A stretch of 64,000 nucleotides of DNA from Oscillospiraceae bacterium (GCA_019423755.1 JAHZAU010000009.1:3815-67814), one strand, 5' to 3'. Shown: positions 54,272-64,000, counted from the stretch's first letter. The notes: generated by a model not told the origin, from the sequence alone. Translations and numbers: made by a program.

Positions 54272-55819
54272 TTATTTGGCGTAGTCCACCGTACGGCTTT
54301 CCCGGATGATGTTGACCTTGATCTGGCCGGGGTATTCCAGCTCGGCTTCGATCTTGTTGACAATATCGCGGGCAATGATGGTCATCTTGTCGTCGGTGAT
54401 GATCTCCGGGCGGACCATGATGCGGATCTCGCGGCCAGCCTGGATGGCGAAGCATTTCTCCACGCCCTCGAAGGAGTTGGCGATCTCCTCGAGTTTTTCC
54501 AGACGCTTGATGTAGTTTTCCAGGTTTTCGCGGCGAGCGCCGGGGCGGGCAGCCGAGATGGCGTCCGCAGCCTGGACGATGCAGGCTACCAGGGTCTTGG
54601 GCTCCACGTCGTTGTGGTGGGCCTCGATGGCATGGATGACGGCGGGGCTTTCTTTGTATTTGCGGGCCAGGTCCACGCCGATCTTCACGTGGGAGCCTTC
54701 GATCTCGTGGGTCAGGGCCTTGCCGATGTCGTGGATCAGACCGGCGCGCTTGGCGGTGTTGACGTCAGCGCCCAGCTCTGCGGCCATAACGCCGGCCAGG
54801 TTGGCAACCTCGATGGAGTGCTGCAGCACGTTCTGGCCGTAGCTGGAACGGTAACGCATCCGGCCCAGCAGGCGGATCAGGTCGGGGTGCATGCCGTGGA
54901 CGTTGGTTTCCAGCACGGCGCGCTCGCCGTCCTGCTTAATCTTGGTCTCGATCTCGCGCTGGGCCTTCTCCACGGTCTCCTCGATGCGGGCCGGGTGGAT
55001 ACGGCCGTCCTGGATCAGGCGTTCCAGAGCGGTGCGGGCCACCTCACGCTTCACAGCATCGTGGGAGGAGAGGGTGATGGCTTCGGGGGTGTCGTCGATG
55101 ATCAGGTCTACGCCGGTGAGGGTCTCCAGGGTACGGATGTTGCGTCCCTCGCGGCCGATGATGCGGCCCTTCATCTCGTCGTTGGGCAGCGGTACCACCG
55201 ATACGGTGACCTCGCCCACATAGTCGGAGGCGCATTTCTGGATGGCGGTGGCGATGATCTCCTTGGCCTTCTGCTCCGACTCGTCCTTGAACTTCTGCTC
55301 GTAAAGGTTGATCTTCAGGGCTTTTTCGTGGACCAGTTCGTCCTCCAGGTTGGTCAGCAGGTACTCTTTGGCCTGCTCGGCGGTGTAGCCGGAGATCTTT
55401 TCCAGCATCTCGAACTGGTGCTGCTTGATGCCGGCAGCCTCTTCCAGGCGGCGTTCGGCTTCTTTGATCTTGCCCTGCAGGGTCTCTTCTTTCTTTTCCA
55501 GGTTATCCAGCTTGCGGTCGATGGACTCTTCCTTCTGCTGGATGCGGCGCTCCAGGCGCTGCACTTCGTTGCGGCGCTCTTTGAGCTCCTTTTCGGTCTC
55601 GGTGCGGCTGCGGTGGATCTCGTCCTTGGCTTCCACCAGAGCCTCCTTCTTCTTCACGTCCGCCTCTTTGATGGCGTCGCTGACGATGCGTTTTGCTTCT
55701 TCCTCAGCGGACCCCAGCTCCGCTTCCGCGATCTTTTTGCGGTACTGGATGCCACTGGGGAAACCGATGGCGGCGCCCACGATCAGGGCGATGACCGCAC
55801 AGGCAATGTAGGGCCACAT
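54272..55819 (-). CDS. rny: Ribonuclease Y
   Basis: N-terminal TM, coiled coil, KH ([13 protein letters not shown]), HD (HDIGK), [12 protein letters not shown]. Confidence 0.98.
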   Translation of the reverse strand: MWPYIACAVIALIVGAAIGFPSGIQYRKKIAEAELGSAEEEAKRIVSDAIKEADVKKKEALVEAKDEIHRSRTETEKELKERRNEVQRLERRIQQKEESIDRKLDNLEKKEETLQGKIKEAERRLEEAAGIKQHQFEMLEKISGYTAEQAKEYLLTNLEDELVHEKALKINLYEQKFKDESEQKAKEIIATAIQKCASDYVGEVTVSVVPLPNDEMKGRIIGREGRNIRTLETLTGVDLIIDDTPEAITLSSHDAVKREVARTALERLIQDGRIHPARIEETVEKAQREIETKIKQDGERAVLETNVHGMHPDLIRLLGRMRYRSSYGQNVLQHSIEVANLAGVMAAELGADVNTAKRAGLIHDIGKALTHEIEGSHVKIGVDLARKYKESPAVIHAIEAHHNDVEPKTLVACIVQAADAISAARPGARRENLENYIKRLEKLEEIANSFEGVEKCFAIQAGREIRIMVRPEIITDDKMTIIARDIVNKIEAELEYPGQIKVNIIRESRTVDYAK

Positions 55820-56355
55820 AGTAGCAGGATTCCCCCTTCATGTTGGTATAGTAAAAAATCAGAAAAAATGGGACGGCGCCCCGCGCCCTGCCTTGTTGCA
55901 GAACAAAGCAAAGCATACCGGATGCCGTCCCAGGTCGATTCAGGATATGTTTTTCGCTTTTTTGGTATAGCAAAATCCGCCAAAAAAGACGTTTGGTGTC
56001 GTATCATCAGGGAGGCTCTCCCCCTCGCCCGGCCTGTGGAGAAGCGCCGGGAAAAAGCGGAAAACCTCCAAAAAAATCCCGAAAAATTCGGGAAAAATCC
56101 GCAGCAAAGCGCCGGCCCAAGGGGCCTTAGAAAGCGCGTTGCCTGGTATTGCATCCCGGCTCCAAAAAGGGACCGGTACGTGAATTCCTTTGGATTGCAG
56201 CTGATGTTCAGCCCCCGCGCAGCCACGGCGCGGGAAAACATATACAAAAAAGACCGCCCCCGCAAAAAACGCAGGAGGAACGGCGCGGAGCACAGTTTGC
56301 GAACGCCAGCCTCCGGGCCGGCGCAGAAATACAGAAAACCGAATGGTTCACTCTT

Positions 56356-56423
56356 ATTTTAAATGCTGGGAGAAGGAATGTCAAGAAATTTGTGTTGACA
56401 ATTCCGGGAGGCGGTGATAGTAT
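56356..56423. promoter_or_regulatory. Back-to-back sigma-A promoters (rny side and T-box side)
   Basis: Minus: TTGACA(56384-79)-N17-TAAAAT(56361-56). Plus: TTGACA(56395)-N17-TAGTAT(56418) with TG extension. Confidence 0.8.
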
Positions 56424-56447
56424 GAAAGTACTGTAAAATCAGGAAAA

Positions 56448-56719
56448 ATCGCAGAAGAGGAAGCGTTTTCCCCTGTTTGCTTTTCAGAGAACGGCGCCCC
56501 GGCTGGACCGGGTGGTGCAAGCGCCCAAAGCGTCCGGAAAACGTACCGCCTCAGAGAGCGCGCGAAAACCGGCCCCGCCGGGCGAAGCGCGACGTCTGGG
56601 CCGCGTTATGGGCCTGTCAAGGGACAAGGCGCCCCGATACAAAGGCGCGTTGTAATTTGGGTGGAACCGTGGAGTGTACAGCGCTTCATCCCAGTTTTCT
56701 GGGGTGGAGCGCTTTTTTT
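56448..56719 (+). ncRNA. T-box riboswitch, probable Thr (ACC) specifier
   Basis: Stem I with AGAGA and GGTGCAA motifs, ACC at 56545-47, T-box AATTTGGGTGGAACCGTGG at 56654, terminator AGCGCTTCATCCCAG..CTGGGGTGGAGCGCT-T-run. Confidence 0.88.
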
Positions 56720-56748
56720 ACTGCAAAATCGCGAAAGGAGCGGGTCGG

Positions 56749-57093
56749 ATGCAGGCAGTGGTACTGCTGATCGGTTGTTATATGCTGGTGCTGGGGGTGG
56801 CGCTGGGGGTGTTTCACAAGGTGCAATACATCTCCCCTGCCAATTCCCCGCTGTTTGCCCGGCTGTCTCCCATTACCAAAAAGCGGCTGGGCCGGCGCTT
56901 CTGCGTCATCCCGCTTCTCTGCGGCGTGACCCTCATCGCCTACGGCGGCGCCTCCCTCATGGGGTGGATCTCCGAGCGTTGGGAGTGGCCGCTGCTGGTG
57001 GTGCTGCTGGCGCTGACCCTCTTTGACTACCGCCGCACCAACATCGTCCTCAACAAGCTGAGGATCCACGGCTACCCGGAACAGGACCTGTAA
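56749..57093 (+). CDS. Small 3-TM hypothetical membrane protein
   Basis: AAAGGAG SD, three hydrophobic stretches, first gene after the T-box. Confidence 0.65.
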   Translation: MQAVVLLIGCYMLVLGVALGVFHKVQYISPANSPLFARLSPITKKRLGRRFCVIPLLCGVTLIAYGGASLMGWISERWEWPLLVVLLALTLFDYRRTNIVLNKLRIHGYPEQDL

Positions 57094-57120
57094 CCGCAAA
57101 GGCCGATCGAGACGGAAAGG

Positions 57121-57732
57121 ATGGGGCAGATGGAAAAGAAGCAGGAGATCTGCGATGTCTACGACGTATACGGCAACCGCACCGGAGAGACCTTTGTCCG
57201 GGGCTGCCCCTTAAAAAACGGGCAGTACGTCATGGTGGTGGATGTGTGGATCGTCAATAGCCGCGACGAGATCCTCATCCAAAAGCGCTCGGCCCAAAAA
57301 AAGGACCTGCCCAACACCTGGGCCACCCACAGCGGCTGCGTCCAGGCCGGGGAAACGGCGCTGGAAGCCTGCATCCGGGAGCCGGGAGAGGAGATCGGCA
57401 TCACCATCCTGCCCCAGCAGGTGCATAAATTAAACCGCAAGATCCGCGGCAAGCTGCTTTCGGAAAACTTTGTGGTGGAGCAGGACTTCGACATCGCCAC
57501 CGCCGTCCTTCAGGAGGAGGAGGTCAGCGACGTCATGTGGGCCACGGTGGGCCAGCTCAAGCAGATGGCCGGCCGCCGGGAGTTTTACCGGTACCCGGAG
57601 TTCTTCGACGTGGTGCGCTTCTTGGAAAAACGCGCGGCCTATCGGCAGTACGGCGGCTCCGGCCCCCTGCCTTCGGCCCAGACAGCGGCCGACGCCCGCG
57701 CCGCCTCCCGCCGCCGCAGAAAACGCGGCTAG
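57121..57732 (+). CDS. NUDIX hydrolase (IDI-like)
   Basis: ILIQKRS..K..PNTW and Nudix box GCVQAGETALEACIREPGEEIGI; start may be 57130. Confidence 0.85.
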   Translation: MGQMEKKQEICDVYDVYGNRTGETFVRGCPLKNGQYVMVVDVWIVNSRDEILIQKRSAQKKDLPNTWATHSGCVQAGETALEACIREPGEEIGITILPQQVHKLNRKIRGKLLSENFVVEQDFDIATAVLQEEEVSDVMWATVGQLKQMAGRREFYRYPEFFDVVRFLEKRAAYRQYGGSGPLPSAQTAADARAASRRRRKRG

Positions 57733-57786
57733 GCGCTCCCCCCAAAAGATAAAATAAAACCAAAAACAAAGCCGAGCTGCTTCGGG

Positions 57787-57834
57787 CGCCATAGACCAGC
57801 GCCCAGCCCTGTTGCGGGGCGCTGGTCTATGGCG
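57787..57834. repeat. Perfect 18-bp inverted repeat without U-tract
   Basis: CGCCATAGACCAGCGCCC / GGGCGCTGGTCTATGGCG. Confidence 0.8.
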
Positions 57835-57932
57835 GGCATACGCCTTCCCCAAAAAGCCCGCTTTGTTTTGACAATATCCTGCCCCTTGCGGGCGATTGTA
57901 AGGTTAAATCATAAGAAAAGGAGTTTTTATTC

Positions 57933-59834
57933 ATGGTAAACGTGACACTCAAAGACAACAGCGTCAAGCAATATGAGTCCGGTACCACCGTGCTGGATAT
58001 CGCCAAAAGCCTGAGCGCCGGTCTGGCCCGTGCGGCCTGCGCCGGTCGCATCAACGGCCAGGTCGTAGACCTGCGCACCCCCGTTACCGAGGACTGCTCG
58101 GTGGAGATCTGCACCTTCGACGACGAGGACGGCAAACACGCCTTCTGGCATTCTTCCGCCCACCTGATGGCCCAGGCCGTGCTGCACCTGTTCCCCGGCA
58201 CCAAGTTCGCCATCGGTCCGGCTATCAAAGAGGGCTTCTACTACGACTTCGAGTTTGAAAAACCCGTTTCCCCCGAGGATCTGGAAAAGATCGAAGCCGA
58301 GATGAAGCGCATCGTCAAGGAAAAACCGGAGATCCACCGCTTTGAGCTGGATGCCGACGAAGCCCGCGCCAAGATGCAGGACCAGCCCTATAAGCTGGAA
58401 CTCATCGAGGAGCACGCCGGCAAAGGCGAAAAGCTGAGCTTCTACGAGCAGGGCGACTTCTGCGACCTGTGCGCGGGTCCCCACCTGATGGATATGTCCC
58501 CCATCAAGGCAGTGAAGATCACCTCCTGCACCGGCGCTTATTGGAGAGGTGACAGCAACCGTCAGATGCTCACCCGTCTGTACGCCGTTTCCTTCCCCAA
58601 AGCAAGCCAGCTGGAAGAACACCTGGCTGCCATTGAAGAAGCCAAAAAACGCGACCACCGCAAACTGGGCCGCGAACTGGGCCTCTTCACCATCATGGAC
58701 GAAGGCCCCGGCTTCCCCTTCTTCCTGCCCAAGGGCATGATCGTCAAAAACGAACTGATCAACTACTGGAGAGAGATCCACACCGCTGCCGGTTACCACG
58801 AGATCTCCACCCCCATGATGCTCAACCGCGCTCTGTGGGAGCGTTCCGGCCACTGGGGCCACTATAAAGAGAACATGTACACCACCGTCATCGACGACAC
58901 CGATTTCGCCATCAAGCCCATGAACTGCCCCGGCGGCATCCTGGTGTACAAAAATGATATGCGCTCCTACCGGGAGCTGCCCCTGCGTATGGGCGAGCTG
59001 GGTCTGGTACACCGCCACGAGCTGTCCGGCGCCCTGCACGGCCTGATGCGCGTCCGCTGCTTCACCCAGGACGATGCCCACATCTTCATGACCAAAGACC
59101 AGATCAAGGACGAGATCAAGGGCGTTGTCAACCTGATCGACCAGGTTTACAGCCTCTTCGGCTTCAAATATCATGTGGAGCTGTCCACCATGCCGGAAGA
59201 CCACATGGGCGCCATCGAGGACTGGGAGGTCGCTACCGCCGGTCTGCGCGGCGCCATGGAGGAGCTGGGCAAGGATTACGTGGTCAACGAGGGCGACGGC
59301 GCCTTCTACGGACCCAAGCTGGACTTCCATCTGGAAGACTCCCTGGGACGCACCTGGCAGTGCGGCACCATCCAGCTGGACTTCCAGCTGCCCGAGCGCT
59401 TTGAGCTGGAATACACCGGAGCCGACGGCGAGAAACACCGCCCGGTTATGATCCACCGCGTGGTATTCGGCTCCATCGAGCGCTTCATCGGTATCCTCAT
59501 CGAGCACTTTGCCGGCGCCTTCCCCACCTGGCTGGCTCCTGTCCAGGCGGTGCTCATCCCCATCTCCGAGAAGCACGCAGACTACGCTCAGGAAGTGACC
59601 GCCCGCCTGAAAGCGGCCGGCGTCCGGGTAGAGTGCGACCTGCGTCCCGAAAAGATGGGCTACAAGATCCGCGAAGCCCAGCTGCAGAAGATCCCCTACA
59701 TGCTGGTTGTGGGTGAAAAAGAGATGGAAAGCGGCGAAGTTTCCGTCCGCGCCAGAAAAGAAGGCGAAGGCGGCACCATGAAGGTGGAAGACTTCATCGA
59801 GAAGATCACCGCTGAGATCAAAGAAAGAAGATAA
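57933..59834 (+). CDS. thrS: Threonine-tRNA ligase
   Basis: HSSAHL, DLCAGPH, RDHRKLG, KPMNCPG, FYGPKLD and GSIERF motifs. Confidence 0.98.
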   Translation: MVNVTLKDNSVKQYESGTTVLDIAKSLSAGLARAACAGRINGQVVDLRTPVTEDCSVEICTFDDEDGKHAFWHSSAHLMAQAVLHLFPGTKFAIGPAIKEGFYYDFEFEKPVSPEDLEKIEAEMKRIVKEKPEIHRFELDADEARAKMQDQPYKLELIEEHAGKGEKLSFYEQGDFCDLCAGPHLMDMSPIKAVKITSCTGAYWRGDSNRQMLTRLYAVSFPKASQLEEHLAAIEEAKKRDHRKLGRELGLFTIMDEGPGFPFFLPKGMIVKNELINYWREIHTAAGYHEISTPMMLNRALWERSGHWGHYKENMYTTVIDDTDFAIKPMNCPGGILVYKNDMRSYRELPLRMGELGLVHRHELSGALHGLMRVRCFTQDDAHIFMTKDQIKDEIKGVVNLIDQVYSLFGFKYHVELSTMPEDHMGAIEDWEVATAGLRGAMEELGKDYVVNEGDGAFYGPKLDFHLEDSLGRTWQCGTIQLDFQLPERFELEYTGADGEKHRPVMIHRVVFGSIERFIGILIEHFAGAFPTWLAPVQAVLIPISEKHADYAQEVTARLKAAGVRVECDLRPEKMGYKIREAQLQKIPYMLVVGEKEMESGEVSVRARKEGEGGTMKVEDFIEKITAEIKERR

Positions 59835-60057
59835 TCCCCGCGGGATTATCCCAAAAATCGTTGAAAACCGGGCCCTTTTGGTGACGAAAGGGTCCGGTTT
59901 TTGTGATGAAAGGCAGAAATTGCGAAAATATTTCGGAAACGAGAGGGAAGGGTTTGAAACCCCGCCCCCTTTGCAGTATAATGGTAAAGTATGAACTATG
60001 TCAGAAAACGCCCGGCCCCACAGGCTGGGCGGGACTGGAATAAGAGGTGCTTTGCTT

Positions 60058-61194
60058 TTGTCCATCTACTACGATAACAGCGCCACCACCCGCACCCGGG
60101 AGGAGGCCGCTCAGATCATCTGCCGGATGCTCACCGAGGAGTACGGCAACCCCTCCTCCCTGCACCGGCTGGGCTTTTCGGCCCAGCAGAAGATGGAGGA
60201 GGCCCGCAAACAGCTGGCCGACACCCTGGGCTGTACCCCAGGGGAGCTGACCTTCACCTCCGGCGGCACCGAGTCGGACAATCTGGCCATCCTGGGCGCC
60301 GCGGCGGCCCACCGCCGCCAGGGCAACCGGGTGGTGACCACCGCCATCGAGCACGACGCCGTGCTGCGCGCCATGGACCAGCTGGAACAGCAGGGCTGGG
60401 AGGTCATCCGCCTGAAGCCCGACAGCCAGGGCAACATCACCGCCCAGCAGGTGGCCGACGCCGTGGACGAAAAGACGGTGCTGGTTTCGGTCATGGCGGT
60501 GAACAACGAGGTGGGCAGCATCCTGCCCATCCCCGAGATCTGCAAGCTGGTCCGCCGCAAAAACCCCAAGACCCTGCTGCACTGCGACGCGGTACAGGCC
60601 TTCGGCAAACACCCCATCCGCCTGAAAAAGAACGCCTTTGACGTGGATATGCTGACCATCAGCGGTCATAAGATCTACGGTCCCAAGGGCATCGGCGCCC
60701 TGTACCTGCGCCGCGGGGTGCGCCTGAGTCCCCTGCTCTTCGGCGGCGGGCAGGAGAAAAACCTGCGCCCGGGCACCGAAAACATCGCCTACGTCTGCGC
60801 CCTGGGCTGCTGCGCCCAGCTGGTCTGCGCCGAGCAGCCCCACACCACCGAAAGGGTGTCCGCCATCCGGCAGGCGCTGTGGGAAGGGCTCGAAAAACTG
60901 CCCGGCGTGCGCATCAATTCCGACCCCAACGGTACACCTTATATATTGAACTGTTCGGTGGAGGGCGTCCGGTCGGAGATCATGCTCCACTTTATGGAAG
61001 AAAAGGGCATTTACCTTTCCAGCGGCTCGGCCTGTGCCAAAGGCGAGGCCAGCCATGTCCTTACCGCCATGGGACTTCCCCGCTCCCAGGCGGACAGCGC
61101 CCTGCGGCTGAGCTTTGGCCGGGAAAACACCCCAGAGCAGGTGCCGGTCTTTTTGCAGGCGCTGGAGGAAGCCATCGCCCGCTTCCGCCGCTAG
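60058..61194 (+). CDS. Cysteine desulfurase (IscS/NifZ-like)
   Basis: YYDNSATT, GNPSSLH, SGHKIYGPKGIG and SSGSAC; TTG start after GAGGTG. Confidence 0.93.
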   Translation: MSIYYDNSATTRTREEAAQIICRMLTEEYGNPSSLHRLGFSAQQKMEEARKQLADTLGCTPGELTFTSGGTESDNLAILGAAAAHRRQGNRVVTTAIEHDAVLRAMDQLEQQGWEVIRLKPDSQGNITAQQVADAVDEKTVLVSVMAVNNEVGSILPIPEICKLVRRKNPKTLLHCDAVQAFGKHPIRLKKNAFDVDMLTISGHKIYGPKGIGALYLRRGVRLSPLLFGGGQEKNLRPGTENIAYVCALGCCAQLVCAEQPHTTERVSAIRQALWEGLEKLPGVRINSDPNGTPYILNCSVEGVRSEIMLHFMEEKGIYLSSGSACAKGEASHVLTAMGLPRSQADSALRLSFGRENTPEQVPVFLQALEEAIARFRR

Positions 61195-61230
61195 CCCCCA
61201 ACGATAGTCAAACGAGAGACGGAGAATCAG

Positions 61231-62451
61231 ATGAAAGAGATTATTTTGCTTAAAAACGGAGAGATCGCCCTCAAGGGCCTCAACCGCAACACCTTCGAGG
61301 AGCGGCTGATGAAAAACGCCCGCAGAAAGCTTTCCAGCGTGGGGAGCTTCCGCTTCCGCAAGGCGCAGTCCACCATCTACGTGGAGCCCCAGAGCGACGA
61401 CATCGACCTGGATGAAGCGGTGGAGCGGCTGCGCTGCGTCTTCGGCATCGCGGCCCTGACCCGCGCCTGCGTGGTGGAAAAGGACTACGACGCCATTGAA
61501 GCTGCCACCCTGGAATATCTGGCCGACGAGCTTTCCTCCATCCGCACCTTTAAGGTGGAGGCCAAACGCTCCGACAAAACCTTCCCCCTCAATTCCCCCC
61601 AGCTCTGCCAGAAGATCGGCGGGGCCATCCTCTCCAAGTTCCACCACCTGAAGGTGGACGTCCATAACCCCGACCTGGTGGTCATGGTGGAGGTCCGCGA
61701 CTTTGCGGCTTACGTCCACGGCGCGCAGATCAAAGGCGCCGGCGGCATCCCGGTAGGCTCCGGCGGCAAGGCCATGCTGCTGATCTCCGGCGGCATCGAC
61801 AGCCCGGTGGCCGGTCACATGATGGCCAAGCGCGGTTTGGAGATCGACGCTATCCACTACGTCAGCCCCCCCTATACCTCCGAGCGGGCCAAACAGAAGG
61901 TCATCGACCTGGCCCAGAAGATGAGCAACTACTGCGGCCGCATCAATCTGCACATCGTGCCCTTCACCGAGATCCAGGAGCAGATCCGCGACCACTGCCC
62001 CGAGGACCTGTTCACCATCATTATGCGGCGGTTTATGATGAAGATCGCCTGCCGCACCGCCCGCGCCCAGGGCTGCGAGGCGCTGATCACCGGCGAAAGC
62101 GTCGGCCAGGTGGCCAGCCAGACCGTCCAGGCCATCGCCTGCACCGACGCGGTCTGCGATATGCCGGTGTTCCGGCCGGTCATCGGTATGGATAAGGACG
62201 AGATCATCGCTATTTCCCGCCGCATCGATACCTTCGAGACCTCCATCCTCCCCTACGAGGACTGCTGCACCGTCTTTACCCCCCGCCACCCCCGCACCAA
62301 GCCCCAGCTGCGCTTTGTGGAGTACGCCGAGGAGGCGCTGGACGTAGAGGGCCTCATTGCCAAGGCCATGGAGGGGACCCAGGTGCTGCGGGTCTCCATG
62401 GATTTTGTCAAACCCATCGAAACCAAGCAAAATGACCCGTCCCAGCTGTAA
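61231..62451 (+). CDS. thiI: tRNA 4-thiouridine synthase ThiI
   Basis: GEIALKGLNR, THUMP domain, SGGIDSPVA, GESVGQVASQT and EDCC. Confidence 0.96.
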   Translation: MKEIILLKNGEIALKGLNRNTFEERLMKNARRKLSSVGSFRFRKAQSTIYVEPQSDDIDLDEAVERLRCVFGIAALTRACVVEKDYDAIEAATLEYLADELSSIRTFKVEAKRSDKTFPLNSPQLCQKIGGAILSKFHHLKVDVHNPDLVVMVEVRDFAAYVHGAQIKGAGGIPVGSGGKAMLLISGGIDSPVAGHMMAKRGLEIDAIHYVSPPYTSERAKQKVIDLAQKMSNYCGRINLHIVPFTEIQEQIRDHCPEDLFTIIMRRFMMKIACRTARAQGCEALITGESVGQVASQTVQAIACTDAVCDMPVFRPVIGMDKDEIIAISRRIDTFETSILPYEDCCTVFTPRHPRTKPQLRFVEYAEEALDVEGLIAKAMEGTQVLRVSMDFVKPIETKQNDPSQL

Positions 62452-62520
62452 CAACTGGCTGGAAGCGGCGTTTTTATCTTGAGCCAAGAGAAGATTGGAC
62501 GATAGCAGAGGTGTAACGCA

Positions 62521-64000
62521 TTGAAGATCGAGATCATAGGCGTGCCCCACAAGGGCGCGTCTCAGGAAGGCAGCAGCCTGTTGGCCATGCCGGATATGCT
62601 GCGGGAGATGCACCTGCTGGGCTTTGTGCCCCAGGAGCATACCGTGGCCGACGACGAGCAGATGGAGCAGGCGCTGCGCCGCGCGGTGGCGCCGGGCAGC
62701 CTGGTGCTGTGCGTCTTTTCCGGCAACCCGCAGATCGACGCCGTCTTTTCCGAGGAGATCGCCCAGGTGTGCGGCGTGGGTCTGGTGACCGACGAGACCT
62801 GTGCCCGCCGCCTGGCCCGCAAGCAGCATCTTTCCGCCCAGGAGGCCGCCCGCCTGGCCCAGGTACCCAAGGGCGCCCGGGTGTTTGCTACCGCCGGCGC
62901 CGGCCTGCCGGGCTTTGAGCTTTCCGGCGACCGCTGCTGCGTGCTGGCCCTGCCGGCGGACCCGCTGGAGCAGGGAGCGGTGTTCTTCCGCCGGGTGTTC
63001 CCCATGCTGTCGCAGAACAGCCCGGTGCCCCACGCCAGCCGGGTGCTCCGGGTGATGGAGCTTTCCTACGGGCAGGTGTGCGGCGCGCTGCGGGATATGG
63101 CCCGCAGCCAAAACCCCTGTGTGTCGGTGTACCAGCGGCAAAGCGAGCTGCTGGTGCGGGTGCTGGCCTCCGGGCAGGACCGGGAACAGGCCGCCGCAGC
63201 CTGCACCAGCGCGGTACGCACCGCGGTCCAGCGGCTGGGCAGCTATGTGTACGGGGTGGATGTTTCCAGCATCGAGCACGCCCTGCTGCTCAAGGCCGCC
63301 AAAAAGGGGCTGCGGGTGTCGGTAGCGGAATCCGGCACCGACGGCCGGGCGGCTGCCCGGCTTTCCGCCGTCAAGGCGGTACCCTTCTCTGGGGAAAGCT
63401 ATGTCTGCCAGCCCCAGCAGATGGACCTGGAACCACTGGGTATCTCCAATAAATTCCTGCGTAAATTCGGCCCGGTCAGCGCCAATGTGGCCGCTGCCCT
63501 GGCTCTTGGCATCGCCGGGGAGGAAAAAGGCACCATCGGTATCGGCATCTCCCTGCCTAACCAGGAGGTCAACGCCCCCCGCTGCTACCTGGCGGTCACC
63601 TGCCAGGACGGCTGTCTGGCCCGGGAGCTGAAGCTTTCCGATTACCGCAACGTTTCCGCCATGATCGAGGACGCCGTTTCCCAGGCAATGAACCTGGCCC
63701 GGCGCTTTGCCGATTGCTACCCCGAGCTTCCCAAAGGGGCGGTGCCGGTCCGGGAGATGATCCTCTTCGGCATCAACCGCCCCAATGTCACGGCGCAGGA
63801 GGGCCCGGCCGCTTTGGCCGCCCGTCCGGCAGCGCCCATATCCCGCCCAAAGGAGGCAGAGCCTGTGAAGAAGGCCAAAACGAAAAAAGGATTGCTGTCC
63901 CGCATCTTCCCCAGCCGGGGCGACAGCGGCTTTGAAGTAGTCCGCAAGATCCTGCTGCTGCTTTGCATCTGCGTGTTTATCGGCTCCATGACCTATTTGG
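62521..64000 (+). CDS. Degenerate CinA-like protein fused to a linker and TM segment (truncated by window end; not in ORF track)
   Basis: Hand translation from TTG 62521 (GAGGTG SD) has no stop to the end; CinA landmarks LALPADPLE, RLGSYVYGVD, VSVAESGTDG, FGPVSANVA; ends RIFPSRGDSGFEVVRKILLLLCICVFIGSMTYL. Confidence 0.8.
   Translation, partial: MKIEIIGVPHKGASQEGSSLLAMPDMLREMHLLGFVPQEHTVADDEQMEQALRRAVAPGSLVLCVFSGNPQIDAVFSEEIAQVCGVGLVTDETCARRLARKQHLSAQEAARLAQVPKGARVFATAGAGLPGFELSGDRCCVLALPADPLEQGAVFFRRVFPMLSQNSPVPHASRVLRVMELSYGQVCGALRDMARSQNPCVSVYQRQSELLVRVLASGQDREQAAAACTSAVRTAVQRLGSYVYGVDVSSIEHALLLKAAKKGLRVSVAESGTDGRAAARLSAVKAVPFSGESYVCQPQQMDLEPLGISNKFLRKFGPVSANVAAALALGIAGEEKGTIGIGISLPNQEVNAPRCYLAVTCQDGCLARELKLSDYRNVSAMIEDAVSQAMNLARRFADCYPELPKGAVPVREMILFGINRPNVTAQEGPAALAARPAAPISRPKEAEPVKKAKTKKGLLSRIFPSRGDSGFEVVRKILLLLCICVFIGSMTYL

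Noticed and set aside
36486..55819. Long run of head-on (minus-strand) genes right of oriC as a possible inversion
   Set aside because: No flanking repeats or recombinase seen; cannot be tested without GC-skew and synteny data

Overview
This is the origin-of-replication region of a GC-rich, probably gut-associated Clostridia chromosome (Oscillospiraceae/Ruminococcaceae-like). The core is the conserved Firmicutes cluster parB-parA-(noc-like)-rsmG-mnmG-mnmE-jag-yidC-yidD-rnpA-rpmH <-> dnaA-oriC-dnaN-yaaA-recF-remB-gyrB-gyrA, with three parS sites and a DnaA-trio element. Extra genes interrupt it: a secreted serpin bracketed by two parS sites, a RimJ-like GNAT between mnmG and rsmG, and two membrane proteins between gyrB and gyrA. 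The left flank has a Gld-like ABC operon, tex, ydbS/ydbT-like genes, tRNA-Glu, tRNA-Met and a GNAT-acyl-ACP thioesterase fusion. The right flank has a fluoride riboswitch-controlled antiporter, a 7-alpha-HSDH, a MATE-esterase-acyltransferase-DUF6320 operon, a split metH with metF, a lipoprotein M3 peptidase, a degenerate M23, a chrA pair, rny, a Thr T-box leader with two genes before thrS, iscS-thiI, and a truncated degenerate-CinA/membrane protein fusion missing from the ORF track. The best candidates for novelty are an independently transcribed ~175-nt sRNA with an anti-SD loop (44031-44206), the pseudo-CinA fusion (62521-end), and the acyltransferase/esterase operon next to the bile-acid dehydrogenase. 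I saw no CRISPR array, IS, prophage or rRNA. All family calls are from recalled motifs, not database searches.
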